Source of the DNA: Gammaproteobacteria bacterium
GTDB lineage: Bacteria > Pseudomonadota > Gammaproteobacteria > Eutrophobiales > Eutrophobiaceae
Assembly: GCA_965243205.1 (NCBI GenBank)
Contig: CBDEUK010000002.1
Coordinates: 1,398,007-1,462,006 of the forward strand
Direction: 5' to 3'
DNA: 64,000 nt
The number at the start of each line of letters is the position of its first letter. Position 1 is the stretch's first letter. The position numbers and the translations under genes were made by a program. Shown here piece by piece: positions 41,582 through 52,625 of this stretch. The notes under the pieces were generated by a model, which was not told the origin of the DNA, ran no database searches, and saw nothing but the letters and a program-made list of their open reading frames with translations.

Positions 41582-42310
41582 ATGGATAAAGTCGCGATAG
41601 TTACAGGTTCAGCAAAACGGATTGGTGCAGCAATTGTAAAACGCCTTCACCAAAACGGATTCAATGTCATGGTACATTACCATGAATCTAATAATGAAGC
41701 TGAAAAACTCTGTGACGAACTTAATCAACAAAGACCTAATTCAGTTTATGAGATTTGTTACGATTTAAACGACCAAGCTTCATACGCTTCAATCATTGAA
41801 AAATGTTTAACACAATTCCAACGTCTTGATGTTCTAATAAATAACGCATCAACGTTTTATTCAACTGATATAGATAATATTAATGAAAAAGTTTGGAATG
41901 ATTTAATAAACATTAATCTCAAAGCACCAACGTTTCTTATCAAAGAAGCAACCGATTCATTGAAAAAGACCAACGGCTGTATCGTAAACATAACCGATAT
42001 ACACGGTCACAGACCTTTAATGCATTACCCTATTTACAGTACTGCTAAGGCTGGGTTGGTCATGCTAACCAAAGCTATGGCAAAAGAACTAGCACCTGAA
42101 ATACGTGTTAATGCAGTTTCACCTGGTGCTATCGATTGGCCAGAAGCAATGGAATCGAGTACAAAAGATAATATACTTAATAAAATTGCTATGCGTAGAA
42201 AAGGCTCAACTGAAGACATTACCGATGCAGTCATGTATTTAATTAACGATGCTAAATATATGACAGGCCAAATATTAACCATAGATGGCGGTCGTAGTTT
42301 ATTGAGTTAG
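41582..42310 (+). CDS. folM: pteridine reductase / FolM-like short-chain dehydrogenase
   Basis: TGSAKRIG cofactor motif and YxxxK (YSTAK). Lies close to the folB and folK genes. Confidence 0.75.
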   Translation: MDKVAIVTGSAKRIGAAIVKRLHQNGFNVMVHYHESNNEAEKLCDELNQQRPNSVYEICYDLNDQASYASIIEKCLTQFQRLDVLINNASTFYSTDIDNINEKVWNDLININLKAPTFLIKEATDSLKKTNGCIVNITDIHGHRPLMHYPIYSTAKAGLVMLTKAMAKELAPEIRVNAVSPGAIDWPEAMESSTKDNILNKIAMRRKGSTEDITDAVMYLINDAKYMTGQILTIDGGRSLLS

Positions 42311-42321
42311 TTAAATGCTGA

Positions 42322-42741
42322 CTACTTTCTAAATTCAGGTAACTTAGCATCCAAAAACCAACGTTTCACTTCCTCTTCATACCACCAATGTTGAACATGT
42401 TTGATGGTATTCACTGTTGCATAATCTTCATCATAGTAACTAAATTCAGCAATCACATCGGCTTCTTTTAATTCTTCATTAATTTCACCATCTTCCACAA
42501 CATTAAAAGCAGTTACTTGAATACCTTTATAGTCATTTAAATTTAACTTAGGTTTATTACCATCTTTGTCCAAATGAAAGTCATACATATTTTTGTAGCG
42601 TGCCCAGCGTACTGCTTGGCCATATTGTTTTATTGCTGTTTGCAATGTACTGACCTTTTCTCTTTTTTGAACTCCCGAACATGCTGTACTCAAAATGCAA
42701 GGGATTAACATGATCAATATTAAACGCACGCAAAATTTCAT
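42322..42741 (-). CDS. hypothetical lipoprotein
   Basis: Lipobox LSTAC|S. Confidence 0.6.
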   Translation of the reverse strand: MKFCVRLILIMLIPCILSTACSGVQKREKVSTLQTAIKQYGQAVRWARYKNMYDFHLDKDGNKPKLNLNDYKGIQVTAFNVVEDGEINEELKEADVIAEFSYYDEDYATVNTIKHVQHWWYEEEVKRWFLDAKLPEFRK

Positions 42742-42769
42742 AACATTCTCCAGAGTATAAATCTTTAAA

Positions 42770-43672
42770 TTAATCGTATTCTTTAAAAATATATTCTTCG
42801 CCGGTCAATGACTCATAAACCCAAGCGGCGTATTTCATATTGCCTTCTAACGTTAGGTGCATTTTGTCGAACGATACGAAGTAATCGAGATTGATTTGGC
42901 GTTCTCGAATAATTTCATATAAGTCTATATATGGCGCACCTAATTTAACCGCAACGTAACGAATCGTATCATTATATGGAATAAAGTTATCATAATACGA
43001 CTTACGGTTACCTTGCTTGCCACGTACATCACCAATGGCATGATTTACAATATAAATACAAGTCCCATGTTTTTTAAATATTGCTCTATAGAACTCGCGT
43101 AAATTCTTTTTAAACTCATAAATACTCACCCGGGAGTATTTAGCCCAATCAAATACATTGGCATCATTCAAGCCAAACTGGATTAATACAATACCAGGCA
43201 ATAAAGGTATGACATCTTTTTTAAAACGATCAAGCGCATTAGCAGTCGTATCATTGCCAACACCTTTGTTATGTACTTTAAATTTACCTGGTTCATATTC
43301 ATCGAGCATTTCTTGCAACATTGAAGGCCAACGTAATTCTTCAGGAAACTCTGCACCTTCAGTTATTGAATCACCAAAACAAATGATATTAAATTTTTCA
43401 TTTGCTTCTAGTTCAGAAGTGTTATCAATAATATTATCGACAACTTGAATGGAATGACTTTCTTTATCGCTCTCTACAGCTGTACTAGATGTTTTTTTTG
43501 TAGTATGGCTCGATGTCTTCTTTTTAGCACGACTAGTCGTTTTCTTAGCCGTTTTTTTTGAAGTTTTTTTAGCTAGCTTTTTAGTGGTTTTCTTTTTAGC
43601 TCGCTTCTTTTTTGTTTTTTTCTTGGTGACCTTTCTCTCAGGTTCACTTTCATTTACTGGATCATCATCCAT
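42770..43672 (-). CDS. SGNH/GDSL hydrolase with a roughly 70-aa Lys-rich (histone H1-like) N-terminal extension
   Basis: Blocks I (FGDSITEG), II (GVGNDT), III (FGLNDA) and V (DKMHL). N-terminus reads KKKTKKKRAKKKTTKKLAKKTSKKTAKK... 8-nt overlap with folK. Confidence 0.8.
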   Translation of the reverse strand: MDDDPVNESEPERKVTKKKTKKKRAKKKTTKKLAKKTSKKTAKKTTSRAKKKTSSHTTKKTSSTAVESDKESHSIQVVDNIIDNTSELEANEKFNIICFGDSITEGAEFPEELRWPSMLQEMLDEYEPGKFKVHNKGVGNDTTANALDRFKKDVIPLLPGIVLIQFGLNDANVFDWAKYSRVSIYEFKKNLREFYRAIFKKHGTCIYIVNHAIGDVRGKQGNRKSYYDNFIPYNDTIRYVAVKLGAPYIDLYEIIRERQINLDYFVSFDKMHLTLEGNMKYAAWVYESLTGEEYIFKEYD

Positions 43673-44183
43673 TGTGTTTCTCTAATCGTTTATAATCCCA
43701 TACAAAATCAATCTTCCAAAGATCATTTACAGGTTTATCATAATCATGCCAAAGTTGTTTATAACTTTTTTGCTCTATTGGATGAATCAGATCTGGCGCT
43801 AATTCTGCCATTGGAAACAACACAAACGAATACTTAAGCAAATCATTACGTGGTAATTGTAATTCCGAACTATCACTAACTAAATCATCATACAGCAACA
43901 AATCGATATCTAAACTTCTTGAGGCATATTGTTTGGTTTTTTGTTCTCTGCCAAATTCGATTTCAATCTGTTTTAAGTGTTTATTAACTTCTTGCACGGA
44001 TAATTCTGATGAAAAACCTGCAACTAAATTATAAAAATTTTCACCATCGAACCCATACGGTATGGTTTCATAAACGCTGGATACTGAAAGTTCATTAAAA
44101 AGTCGATCAAGAGCTGAAACACCGTCATTAATATTTCTTTCGCGATCAATATTACTACCGATCCCAACGTAAACCGAATGCAT
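43665..44183 (-). CDS. folK: 2-amino-4-hydroxy-6-hydroxymethyldihydropteridine pyrophosphokinase
   Basis: VYVGIGSNI N-terminus and LDIDLL block. Confidence 0.92.
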   Translation of the reverse strand: MHSVYVGIGSNIDRERNINDGVSALDRLFNELSVSSVYETIPYGFDGENFYNLVAGFSSELSVQEVNKHLKQIEIEFGREQKTKQYASRSLDIDLLLYDDLVSDSSELQLPRNDLLKYSFVLFPMAELAPDLIHPIEQKSYKQLWHDYDKPVNDLWKIDFVWDYKRLEKHNG

Positions 44184-44543
44184 TTAAGGCCTTACGCCTC
44201 GTTCGATGATCACACCAACATCTCGAACCCCCTGTACGGCTCCTTTTTTATTTAGACGAAGACGTACCCATGGCACATTAAATTCAGTCAGAATAATTTC
44301 AGCAACGCTTTCGGCCAAGGCTTCTACTAACTCGAACTCACTTTCGCCTACATAAGAAAATAATCGTTTAGCTACAGATTTATAATCCAAAGTATCATCA
44401 ATATTATCGGAATTGGCAGCTTTCTTTATATCTGTTGCCATTTCGATATCAAAAATAATAGTCTGGCGCATACGGCGTTCCCATTCGTAAACACCTATCA
44501 CCGTATCGATTCTTAAATCGTTTAAATAAATAATATCCATCAA
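44184..44543 (-). CDS. folB: dihydroneopterin aldolase
   Basis: IGVYEWER block. 119 aa. Abuts folK. Confidence 0.92.
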   Translation of the reverse strand: MMDIIYLNDLRIDTVIGVYEWERRMRQTIIFDIEMATDIKKAANSDNIDDTLDYKSVAKRLFSYVGESEFELVEALAESVAEIILTEFNVPWVRLRLNKKGAVQGVRDVGVIIERGVRP

Positions 44544-44650
44544 ATATCTGTTTCAGTAATTTTTATAATCTGCCATTATAATCACTTGTTGATACGCAGA
44601 CCATGTCCGTTTTTATATTCAAAAGATCTTAAACATACTCATCAAACAAC

Positions 44651-45256
44651 ATGTTGATATATAGCTTCATTATTCTTGGTTATTTATTTGGTTCAGTCGC
44701 CTCAGCCATAATTGTCTGTAAAAGCTTAGGTTTAAGTGATCCAAGAAGCGGCGGTTCCAATAACCCTGGCGCCACCAATGTATTAAGACTACATGGCAAA
44801 CAAGCTGCGGCTCTTACCTTAGCAGGTGATGTACTAAAAGGCGTATTTCCAGTTTTAATCGCTCATCAATTTACCGATTCACATCTAATCATAGGTCTCA
44901 CAGGTTTAGCAGCGTTTCTAGGACACTTATATCCTATCTTTTTCGGTTTTAAAGGCGGCAAAGGCGTTGCAACGTTTATCGGGGTCTTATTTGCGACGCA
45001 TTGGGTGTTAGGACTGGGATTTGTTGTGATTTGGTTATTAATGGCAATGTTATTTCGATATTCCTCTCTTTCTGCTTTAACCGCTGCTACGGCAATGCCA
45101 TTCATGAGTTTTTACTTTTTAGGCTCTAAGGAATTAATCATCATCACATCGATTATGGCAGTATTATTATTTTGGCGACATCAAAGCAATATTCGTAATT
45201 TGTTATCTGGAAAAGAAAGTAAAATCGGTAAGAAAGAATCTGATGAAACTAATTAA
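44651..45256 (+). CDS. plsY: glycerol-3-phosphate acyltransferase PlsY
   Basis: GSGNPGATNV-like motif ([11 protein letters not shown]). Multi-TM protein. Confidence 0.93.
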   Translation: MLIYSFIILGYLFGSVASAIIVCKSLGLSDPRSGGSNNPGATNVLRLHGKQAAALTLAGDVLKGVFPVLIAHQFTDSHLIIGLTGLAAFLGHLYPIFFGFKGGKGVATFIGVLFATHWVLGLGFVVIWLLMAMLFRYSSLSALTAATAMPFMSFYFLGSKELIIITSIMAVLLFWRHQSNIRNLLSGKESKIGKKESDETN

Positions 45257-46263
45257 CCAGTAACATCGGTCAATGGCCAACGCGCTCTAGCCTGAAATCC
45301 TAAACCTTGAGCTTCACCACCTAATAATTTCTGTGCTCCCGCATAGGCAATCATTGCCCCATTATCCGTACAAAACTCTGGCTTTGGAAAGTTAATAGCC
45401 ACTTTTTGTTTTTCACCTAACTGATACAAAGCTTCGCGTAATTGTTTATTGGCACTGACGCCACCAGCAACAATTAAACGTTGCATCCCTGTTTGCTCTA
45501 ATGCTCTCCGACATTTGATAACTAACGTATCAACTACTGACTCAACAAAACCACGAGCAATATCGGCTCGGGTTTGTTCATCATCCGATTCTTTATTAAC
45601 CAGATTCATGGTAAAAGTTTTTAAACCACTGAAACTGAAATCCAAGCCTGGCCTATCGGTCATCGGCCTAGGAAATTGATATCGTTTTGGATCACCATCA
45701 TCCGCTAACTTCGAAATGGCAGGACCTCCTGGATAACCTAAGCCCATGAGCTTGGCAGTTTTATCAAAAGCTTCACCTGCTGCATCATCCAATGTTTCTC
45801 CGAGTAATTCATAATCTCCCAATGCATTCACTTGCATCAACTGCGTATGTCCTCCAGAAACCAATAACGCTAAAAAAGGAAAATCAATTGATTCATCTTC
45901 TAATAGAGGTGCTAATAAATGTGCCTCCATATGATGAACTGCTACCGCCGGCACACCTAAGCCATAGGCCAAACTACGACCAGTTGCTGTACCTACCAAT
46001 AGAGCACCGATCAAACCCGGCCCTGCCGTATAAGCGACTGCATCGATATCTTCTTTGGCTAACTGCGTTTTTTTCAATAATTCATCGATTAACGGCAAAA
46101 TACGCACAATGTGATCCCTCGAAGCAAGCTCAGGCACCACGCCGCCATATTGCTTGTGAAGGTCAATTTGACTAAACAAAGTATGCCCAAGCAGGCCTTT
46201 TTCGGTGTCATAAAGACCGATTCCGGTCTCATCACAAGATGTTTCTATACCTAATACACGCAT
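45253..46263 (-). CDS. tsaD: tRNA N6-adenosine threonylcarbamoyltransferase
   Basis: [11 protein letters not shown]-terminus and HHMEAH metal site. Confidence 0.95.
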   Translation of the reverse strand: MRVLGIETSCDETGIGLYDTEKGLLGHTLFSQIDLHKQYGGVVPELASRDHIVRILPLIDELLKKTQLAKEDIDAVAYTAGPGLIGALLVGTATGRSLAYGLGVPAVAVHHMEAHLLAPLLEDESIDFPFLALLVSGGHTQLMQVNALGDYELLGETLDDAAGEAFDKTAKLMGLGYPGGPAISKLADDGDPKRYQFPRPMTDRPGLDFSFSGLKTFTMNLVNKESDDEQTRADIARGFVESVVDTLVIKCRRALEQTGMQRLIVAGGVSANKQLREALYQLGEKQKVAINFPKPEFCTDNGAMIAYAGAQKLLGGEAQGLGFQARARWPLTDVTG

Positions 46264-46375
46264 TTTTGAGATTTTTTATAAAAATATGGGTTTGATCGTT
46301 GCAATTCTGGATTCATTCACTAGAATTAGCCACCTTTTTACGATACCAGTAACATTTTTAGGAACTTACAACTAT

Positions 46376-46591
46376 ATGCCTTCTGTAAAAGTCAGAGAAA
46401 ACGAGCCCTTCGATATCGCATTACGTCGTTTCAAACGTTCATGTGAAAAAGCTGGGATCTTGGCAGAAGTCCATCGCCGTGAATTCTACGAAAAACCAAC
46501 TCAAGTACGCAAACGCAAAGCTGCTGCTGCCGTGAAACGTCATCAGAAAAAAGTTGGTCGCGATCGATTACGTCCAAGCCGAGCCCACTAA
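46376..46591 (+). CDS. rpsU: 30S ribosomal protein S21
   Basis: [27 protein letters not shown]... 71 aa. The 30-codon upstream extension in the track is not S21-like. Confidence 0.95.
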   Translation: MPSVKVRENEPFDIALRRFKRSCEKAGILAEVHRREFYEKPTQVRKRKAAAAVKRHQKKVGRDRLRPSRAH

Positions 46592-46614
46592 GCTTAACCT
46601 CCATTCATTAGCTT

Positions 46615-47061
46615 ATGTCAAACCTTCAAGAACAGATCAAAGATGCTGTTAAAAACGCTATGCGCGAAAAAAATAAAGAGCGCTTGGGGGCTTTACGTCT
46701 GATTACAGCTGCTTTTAAGCAAAAAGAAGTGGATGAACGCATTGAGATTACCGATGATATTGCTCTAGCCATTCTCGATAAAATGTCTAAGCAATTACGT
46801 GACTCTATCAAACAATACCAAGAAGCTGGCCGAGACGAACTAGCAGAAAAAGAACAATACGAATTAGGCATAGTTTCTGAATTTCTACCTGCTCAATTAA
46901 CCGACGATGAAATTACTCAATTAATCAGCGAAGCCATCGCTGCTACAGGTGCAAGCTCAATGCAGGATATGGGTAAACTCATGGGTGTTTTAAAGCCCAA
47001 GTTACAAGGTCGAGCTGATATGGGTAAGGTTAGCGGGCTAGTAAAATCTCAGCTTTCCTGA
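46615..47061 (+). CDS. yqeY: GatB/YqeY-domain protein
   Basis: Family-typical 148-aa protein in its conserved slot between rpsU and dnaG. Confidence 0.85.
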   Translation: MSNLQEQIKDAVKNAMREKNKERLGALRLITAAFKQKEVDERIEITDDIALAILDKMSKQLRDSIKQYQEAGRDELAEKEQYELGIVSEFLPAQLTDDEITQLISEAIAATGASSMQDMGKLMGVLKPKLQGRADMGKVSGLVKSQLS

Positions 47062-47155
47062 TTTATTTCGTTAGTAACCAATTACTTTCTATATATTTTT
47101 CCTTATAAAAATAAGTCTCTGATTCTCAGCTTTAGCTTTCTGTATACTTAAGCCC

Positions 47156-48880
47156 ATGGCTGGCCGAATTCCACAATCGTTTATTGATGAACTCTTATCT
47201 CGGATCGATATTGTCGATGTGATTGATGGTTACGTGCCTTTGAAAAAGGCTGGCAAAAATCATCAAGCCTGCTGCCCATTTCATAATGAAAAAACACCTT
47301 CATTTACCGTCAGCCAAGAAAAACAGTTTTACCATTGTTTTGGCTGTGGTGCGAACGGCACCGCCATCAGCTTTTTAATGGAATATTCGGGCATGAGTTT
47401 TCCAGAAGCCGTAGAAGAGCTTGCACACCGTTGTGGTTTGCCGATTCCTAAAGAAGCCGCTCATATCGAAATCGATAAAGACCGTGCTGAACTGTATGAA
47501 TTAATGGAAATGATTACACGATTTTATAGCAAACAATTAAAAGAACATTCTGAATCAGCTACAGCCATTGAGTATTTAAAAAACCGAGGCTTAACCGGCG
47601 AGATCGCCAAACAATTTGAAATCGGCTTTGCACCACCTGGTTGGGATAACTTACTTAATAATTTCGGCCAATCAAATGAAGCAAAAGCACGACTTGAAAA
47701 AATTGGTATGACAATTAAGAAAGATAACGGTGGTTTTTATGACCGTTTTCGCAATCGTATTGTGTTCCCGATTCGAGATGTAAGAAATCGTGTCATTGGT
47801 TTTGGTGGTCGCGTATTAAGCAAAGACGATACTCCCAAGTACCTTAACTCACCGGAAACTATTTTATTCCATAAAGGCTACGAATTATATGGGCTTTATC
47901 AAGCTCGCAAGGCAGCTGGGCAAAAAGTCTATATCGTCGAGGGTTATATGGACGTGGTGTCTCTCGCACAGTTTGGCGTTAACAATGCAGTAGCGACTCT
48001 TGGTACTGCTGCCACAGCAGAGCAAATAGAAAAACTGTTTAAAAAATTTCCACAAATCGTTTTTTGTTTTGACGGCGACAAGGCAGGAATTAAAGCCGCA
48101 TGGCGCGCCCTGGAAACTACCTTGCCTTTATTGAAAGACGGTCGTCAATGTCATTTCTTATTTATTCCTGAAGGCGAAGACCCTGATAGTTTCGTCAGAC
48201 AACATGGTAAGGAAGGTTTCGAAAGACCTGAGCTCTTAATGCCTTTGTCCGACTATCTTTTTCAACAATTGGAGCAAGACTTAGATTTAAGTACCGCTGA
48301 AGGACGTGCTAGTTATGTCGAAAAAGCCAAACCGTTTGTGCAAAAACTTCAGACATCCGCATTTCGCGAACTCATTGTTGCAGAAATTTCAAAACGATCA
48401 GGAGTGAATTTCAATCAATTTGAACCACAAGCTTCATCAAAACCACGAACTCAAACAACCACTACTAGACCACGAGTAAAAAATCCAAAGCTACACACTA
48501 TGACACCTGTCCGTCGTGCGATACGTATGTTGTTGAATCACCCTGAGATCGCGAAACAGACAGAATCCTTGAATGAATTAAGTCACTTAAAAGAACATGG
48601 TATTCCATTTCTACTCGAGCTTATTCAATACATTCAAAATCGCGAATCCACGACAATTGCTAATATCATGGAGCATTGGCGCGATACTCCTACCGAAAAA
48701 GCCTTAATGGATTTAGCACGCTCTGAAGAATTACTCAACGAACCTGACGAACTTATTATTGAATTTAATGGCTTGCTCAAAAAAATGATTTTGGATGCAA
48801 AAAAACAGGAACGCCAGTGGCAAAGCCAGGGTCTAAAAAACCTAGATGACCTTAAAAAACTTCAAGAAAGCAACAAATAA
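47156..48880 (+). CDS. dnaG: DNA primase
   Basis: Zinc ribbon CCPFHNEKTPSF...CFGCG and TOPRIM block (EGYMDV). Confidence 0.96.
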   Translation: MAGRIPQSFIDELLSRIDIVDVIDGYVPLKKAGKNHQACCPFHNEKTPSFTVSQEKQFYHCFGCGANGTAISFLMEYSGMSFPEAVEELAHRCGLPIPKEAAHIEIDKDRAELYELMEMITRFYSKQLKEHSESATAIEYLKNRGLTGEIAKQFEIGFAPPGWDNLLNNFGQSNEAKARLEKIGMTIKKDNGGFYDRFRNRIVFPIRDVRNRVIGFGGRVLSKDDTPKYLNSPETILFHKGYELYGLYQARKAAGQKVYIVEGYMDVVSLAQFGVNNAVATLGTAATAEQIEKLFKKFPQIVFCFDGDKAGIKAAWRALETTLPLLKDGRQCHFLFIPEGEDPDSFVRQHGKEGFERPELLMPLSDYLFQQLEQDLDLSTAEGRASYVEKAKPFVQKLQTSAFRELIVAEISKRSGVNFNQFEPQASSKPRTQTTTTRPRVKNPKLHTMTPVRRAIRMLLNHPEIAKQTESLNELSHLKEHGIPFLLELIQYIQNRESTTIANIMEHWRDTPTEKALMDLARSEELLNEPDELIIEFNGLLKKMILDAKKQERQWQSQGLKNLDDLKKLQESNK

Positions 48881-49079
48881 CATTGTAATAAAATATGAAT
48901 TTCTCATAGCGGGAACAATGTTCACATGCTATAATTGACTGTTTAACTTTGGCCAAAATTAGATCAACGAAATCAAGTAGTTACAAATCCAAGTCCAAAG
49001 TTCTCGACTATAATAATTAGAACACCAACGCTCGAAATTAAGTTTAACTACAAACAATTTTTCACACTGATAGATACAT

Positions 49080-50927
49080 ATGGAACAAACTGAACAACAA
49101 ACACCTAAAGTTGATGACCAGTCTCAGCTCAAGCTGCTTATCACCAAAGGAAAAGAACAAGGCTTTCTGACCTACCATGAAGTCAACGATCATCTGCCCG
49201 ATGACATCGTTGATCCTGAGCAAATCGAAGACATCATAAACATGATTAATGACATGGGTATTGCCGTGCATGAGTCTCCGCCTGAAACGGATGTCATCAT
49301 GACCGACAGTACCGATGCGCCTGATGAAGATGCTGCAGCAGAAGCAGCAGCGGCACTTGCCAACGTTGAAAATGAATTTGGTCGTACTACTGATCCAGTT
49401 CGCATGTACATGCGAGAAATGGGTACCGTTGATTTATTAACTCGCGAAGGCGAGATCAAAATTGCTAAACGTATTGAAGAAGGACTAAACCAAGTCCTGG
49501 CTGCCCTTGCTTGTTACCCTGGCACTATCAACTTCTTGATGCAAGCACATGAACAAGTCGAGCAAGAACAATTAAAACTCAGCGATATCGTTATTGGCAT
49601 CAATGACTATGAAGAAGAATATCCTGATGAAGGTATGCCACCACCAGAACAAGTAACTGCTAATAATTCAGAATCCGGTGATGACGATGATGATTCTGAT
49701 GAAGAGCCAGAAAACACACTGGATCCCGAAGAAGTCCGTACCCGAATCAATGATATCTCTAAGCTATTTGCAAAGGTTCAAAAGAACGCTAAAAAATACG
49801 GTCGTAGTGACAGCAAAACTGAAAAAGCCCAACAAGAATTAAGCGATAAATTTTTAGAGCTTCGTTTATCGCCTAAATTGATCGAACAATTAACAGAAAA
49901 TGCTCGGTTCATCATTGAATCAATTCGTCATGCTGAAAAAACCATTATGGGTTTATGCGTGAAACAATCAAAAATGCCTCGTAAAGAATTTATTCAATCT
50001 TTTCCTAGTAACGAGACCAACACGAATTGGATTCAAGAAACTATCAAAGATAGTCCCACATACAAAGATGCATTGTTAGAAGTTGAACCTGAAGTGACAA
50101 AGATTCAGGAAAAACTAGCGACCTTATTCGAAGACAGTAATTTGGAGCTGACTGAATTCAAAGAGATCAATCGTCGAGTATCAATTGGTGAAGCGAAAGC
50201 TCGCCGCGCTAAGAAAGAAATGGTTGAAGCTAACCTGCGTTTAGTTATTTCGATTGCGAAGAAATATACCAACCGTGGTTTGTTATTCTTGGATCTAATC
50301 CAAGAAGGCAACATCGGTTTGATGAAAGCCGTGGATAAATTCGAATACCGTCGTGGTTATAAATTTTCGACCTATGCAACTTGGTGGATTCGCCAAGCTA
50401 TCACGCGTTCGATCGCAGACCAAGCTCGTACCATACGTATTCCAGTACATATGATCGAAACGATTAACAAGTTAAATCGTATCTCGCGTCAAATCCTACA
50501 AGAGATGGGGCGCGAACCAACGCCAGAAGAATTGGCTGAAAAAATGGAAATGCCGGAAGATAAAATCCGCAAAGTCTTAAAAATTGCCAAAGAACCAATC
50601 TCTATGGAAACACCTATCGGTGATGATGAAGATTCGCACTTAGGTGATTTTATCGAAGACCAAAACATTGAAGCACCTGTAGATTTTGCTGGGTTTGAAG
50701 GCTTACGACGTTCTACACGCGATGCATTAGAAGGCTTAACACCGCGTGAAGCAAAGGTTCTTAGAATGCGTTTTGGAATTGATATGAACACTGACCATAC
50801 TTTGGAAGAAGTAGGCAAACAGTTTGACGTAACTCGTGAGCGTATTCGTCAAATTGAGGCTAAGGCATTGCGTAAATTACGCCACCCTTCTCGTTCCGAA
50901 CAATTAAAAACGTTCTTAGATCAGTAA
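49080..50927 (+). CDS. rpoD: RNA polymerase sigma factor RpoD (sigma70)
   Basis: Regions 1.1 to 4.2 present, including the acidic spacer. 615 aa. Confidence 0.98.
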   Translation: MEQTEQQTPKVDDQSQLKLLITKGKEQGFLTYHEVNDHLPDDIVDPEQIEDIINMINDMGIAVHESPPETDVIMTDSTDAPDEDAAAEAAAALANVENEFGRTTDPVRMYMREMGTVDLLTREGEIKIAKRIEEGLNQVLAALACYPGTINFLMQAHEQVEQEQLKLSDIVIGINDYEEEYPDEGMPPPEQVTANNSESGDDDDDSDEEPENTLDPEEVRTRINDISKLFAKVQKNAKKYGRSDSKTEKAQQELSDKFLELRLSPKLIEQLTENARFIIESIRHAEKTIMGLCVKQSKMPRKEFIQSFPSNETNTNWIQETIKDSPTYKDALLEVEPEVTKIQEKLATLFEDSNLELTEFKEINRRVSIGEAKARRAKKEMVEANLRLVISIAKKYTNRGLLFLDLIQEGNIGLMKAVDKFEYRRGYKFSTYATWWIRQAITRSIADQARTIRIPVHMIETINKLNRISRQILQEMGREPTPEELAEKMEMPEDKIRKVLKIAKEPISMETPIGDDEDSHLGDFIEDQNIEAPVDFAGFEGLRRSTRDALEGLTPREAKVLRMRFGIDMNTDHTLEEVGKQFDVTRERIRQIEAKALRKLRHPSRSEQLKTFLDQ

Positions 50928-50934
50928 AAACAAA

Positions 50935-50964
50935 AAACGATGTGGAGCAATTCCACATCGTTTG
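50935..50964 (+). terminator. stem-loop after rpoD (ACGATGTGGA-gcaat-TCCACATCGT, short T tail)
   Basis: 10-bp perfect stem seen in the sequence, with a weak U-tract (TTTG). Confidence 0.55.
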
Positions 50965-51008
50965 TAATGAATAAAAACACTGTTACAATCCCGCCAGTCT
51001 TTACATCA

Positions 51009-51085
51009 GGGCCCTTAGCTCAGTTGGTTAGAGCAGTGGACTCATAATCCATTGGTCGAAGGTTCGAGTCCTTCAGGGCCCACCA
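51009..51085 (+). tRNA. ileX: tRNA-Ile2 (anticodon CAU, lysidine-dependent, ileX-like)
   Basis: Hand-folded cloverleaf: acceptor GGGCCCT/AGGGCCC, anticodon loop CTCATAA, T-arm GAAGG-TTCGAGT-CCTTC, encoded CCA. C4 and C5 in the acceptor stem, GAGCAG and the TTGGTCG variable loop resemble E. coli ileX as I recall it rather than elongator tRNA-Met. ileX also follows rpoD in E. coli. Confidence 0.85.
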
Positions 51086-51421
51086 ATAAAATCAATGGTT
51101 TAGGCTAAATATCTAACTAACCTTCACTTTATTTTCCCGATCTGCTTACCCTTAACGAGTTTGTGAGCACAAATTTCTATATAAATCACTTGTACCTATA
51201 GTTCGATCCTCTCTTAAGACTATGTTTATCGCTCATAATCAAGAATAGTTATTTATGTTTTTGATTTGTATAGATTTATCGAGGGAATATATAGTGAAAT
51301 ACCCTCAAAAATACCCGCTTTTTATTTTTTCAATACAGGATGAATTCTTATTTTAATAGATACGTAATCTCTTTAAGATATAAATTATTCTAAAAATAAA
51401 ATATTAATATAAGGAAATGTC

Positions 51422-52051
51422 ATGAAGACACTAGCAGTTATTTTTATTCTCACTTTTTCGTTAATTACCAATTCCTACTCAGCCGTTATCTATGATGAAT
51501 CAATAGATGGAGATCTCCCTATAATAATTGATTTCGATGTCAATAATTCGAATTACTTAGGTGTTCTGGGTGCCGGCCAAAACCAAATAAAAGGCTCGAC
51601 TTTCACCCGAGTAAGGCCAAGTATTTTTTCGGATGAAGATCATTTATTTTTCTCAATTTCTGAAGGTTATGAATTCACTTCTATTTCTATTTTATATGAT
51701 GTTACTCGAGATGTTGGTCTTAACACTTCATTCGCACTGCTAAGTCTTGAAAAGGTAAGAGGTAGATTTTTTGACGAGATAGCTATTCTTACTGGAGAAT
51801 TAGTGAACAGACCTGATTTGGCAACCCCCAAATCAGAATTTTTTCTTCCTAGCCTAGGCGAAGGAGATTATAGATTAGGCGGTTTTTCAGGTGCTCATAC
51901 ATTACTCTCGAGTACAGATGCCGTTGTTGTATGGGATTACACAATAACTTTAGATGTTACTGCCCCGGTTCCAATCCCAGCCACATCATGGTTATTCATT
52001 TCAGGCTTAGGTTTATTAGGCTTTAAAAGAAAACATAACTCATATAGGTGA
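51422..52051 (+). CDS. secreted protein with VPIPA-type PEP-CTERM tail
   Basis: Signal peptide (…NSYSA|V), YDESIDGDL block, and C-terminus VPIPATSWLFISGLGLLGFKRKH. Confidence 0.75.
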   Translation: MKTLAVIFILTFSLITNSYSAVIYDESIDGDLPIIIDFDVNNSNYLGVLGAGQNQIKGSTFTRVRPSIFSDEDHLFFSISEGYEFTSISILYDVTRDVGLNTSFALLSLEKVRGRFFDEIAILTGELVNRPDLATPKSEFFLPSLGEGDYRLGGFSGAHTLLSSTDAVVVWDYTITLDVTAPVPIPATSWLFISGLGLLGFKRKHNSYR

Positions 52052-52096
52052 TTAACTAATCCTTCTCAATAGATAACTCCCTAAAAAAGCGACTTT

Positions 52097-52576
52097 ATGA
52101 CAATATACAAACATCTATTCATATACTCATTGTGTATATTTTCAACTACGACTTTTAGTTATTACCCTGACTCAGCTAATCCTGATGAAGCCGTTGGCCA
52201 AATGAAAACTAGAATCATAACAATTGAAACACATAAACAAGAATGTTTAAGGTTTAATCCAGATTTAAAAATTGAAATCGAAGATAAATTTACACAATGG
52301 GAAGAGATTGAAAAAATATATATTGAAAAAGCAGAATTTTATACGTTCGAACTCAAAAAAAAGAATCCAGAACTGATAAATCAAATTAATAAAATTTCTG
52401 AAATGATATTGAATCAGACTAAATACACCTTTGATAATGTCGGTGAAGTTGGCGGTGAAAAATTAGTAAATGAGTATTGCTTAAACTTTTTTGAAGAATT
52501 AATTAATGGTAGTTGGAAAAAAAGAACTCCGAACTTATATAAATACTTAGATCAGTTGCCAGAAATATACGATTAA
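52097..52576 (+). CDS. hypothetical secreted protein (159 aa)
   Basis: ORF with a hydrophobic N-terminus; no motif recognised. Confidence 0.5.
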   Translation: MTIYKHLFIYSLCIFSTTTFSYYPDSANPDEAVGQMKTRIITIETHKQECLRFNPDLKIEIEDKFTQWEEIEKIYIEKAEFYTFELKKKNPELINQINKISEMILNQTKYTFDNVGEVGGEKLVNEYCLNFFEELINGSWKKRTPNLYKYLDQLPEIYD

Positions 52577-52625
52577 AATTACAAATAATAACTTTATTAA
52601 AACTAAAATCATTAGTGACTTAAAA

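Noticed and set aside
45792-46175. 127-aa plus-strand ORF; similar cases at 12226-12561, 1305-1631 (minus) and 50489-50818 (minus)
   Set aside because: These are antisense to the well-supported genes tsaD, the TPR protein, trpC and rpoD, with no independent support.
46286-46375. 30-codon N-terminal extension of rpsU in the ORF track
   Set aside because: S21 is a 71-aa protein starting MP.(I/V)KVRENE. The extension is hydrophobic, unlike S21, and would consume the divergent tsaD/rpsU promoter region.
51195-51235. Possible decayed direct repeat of the tRNA-Ile2 3' end (…CCTATAGTTCGATCCTCTC…) as an island att site
   Set aside because: Only the GTTCGA and TCCT cores match the tRNA T-arm. No acceptor-stem sequence is present and there is no partner repeat at the far end of the island. 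That is too weak to call.
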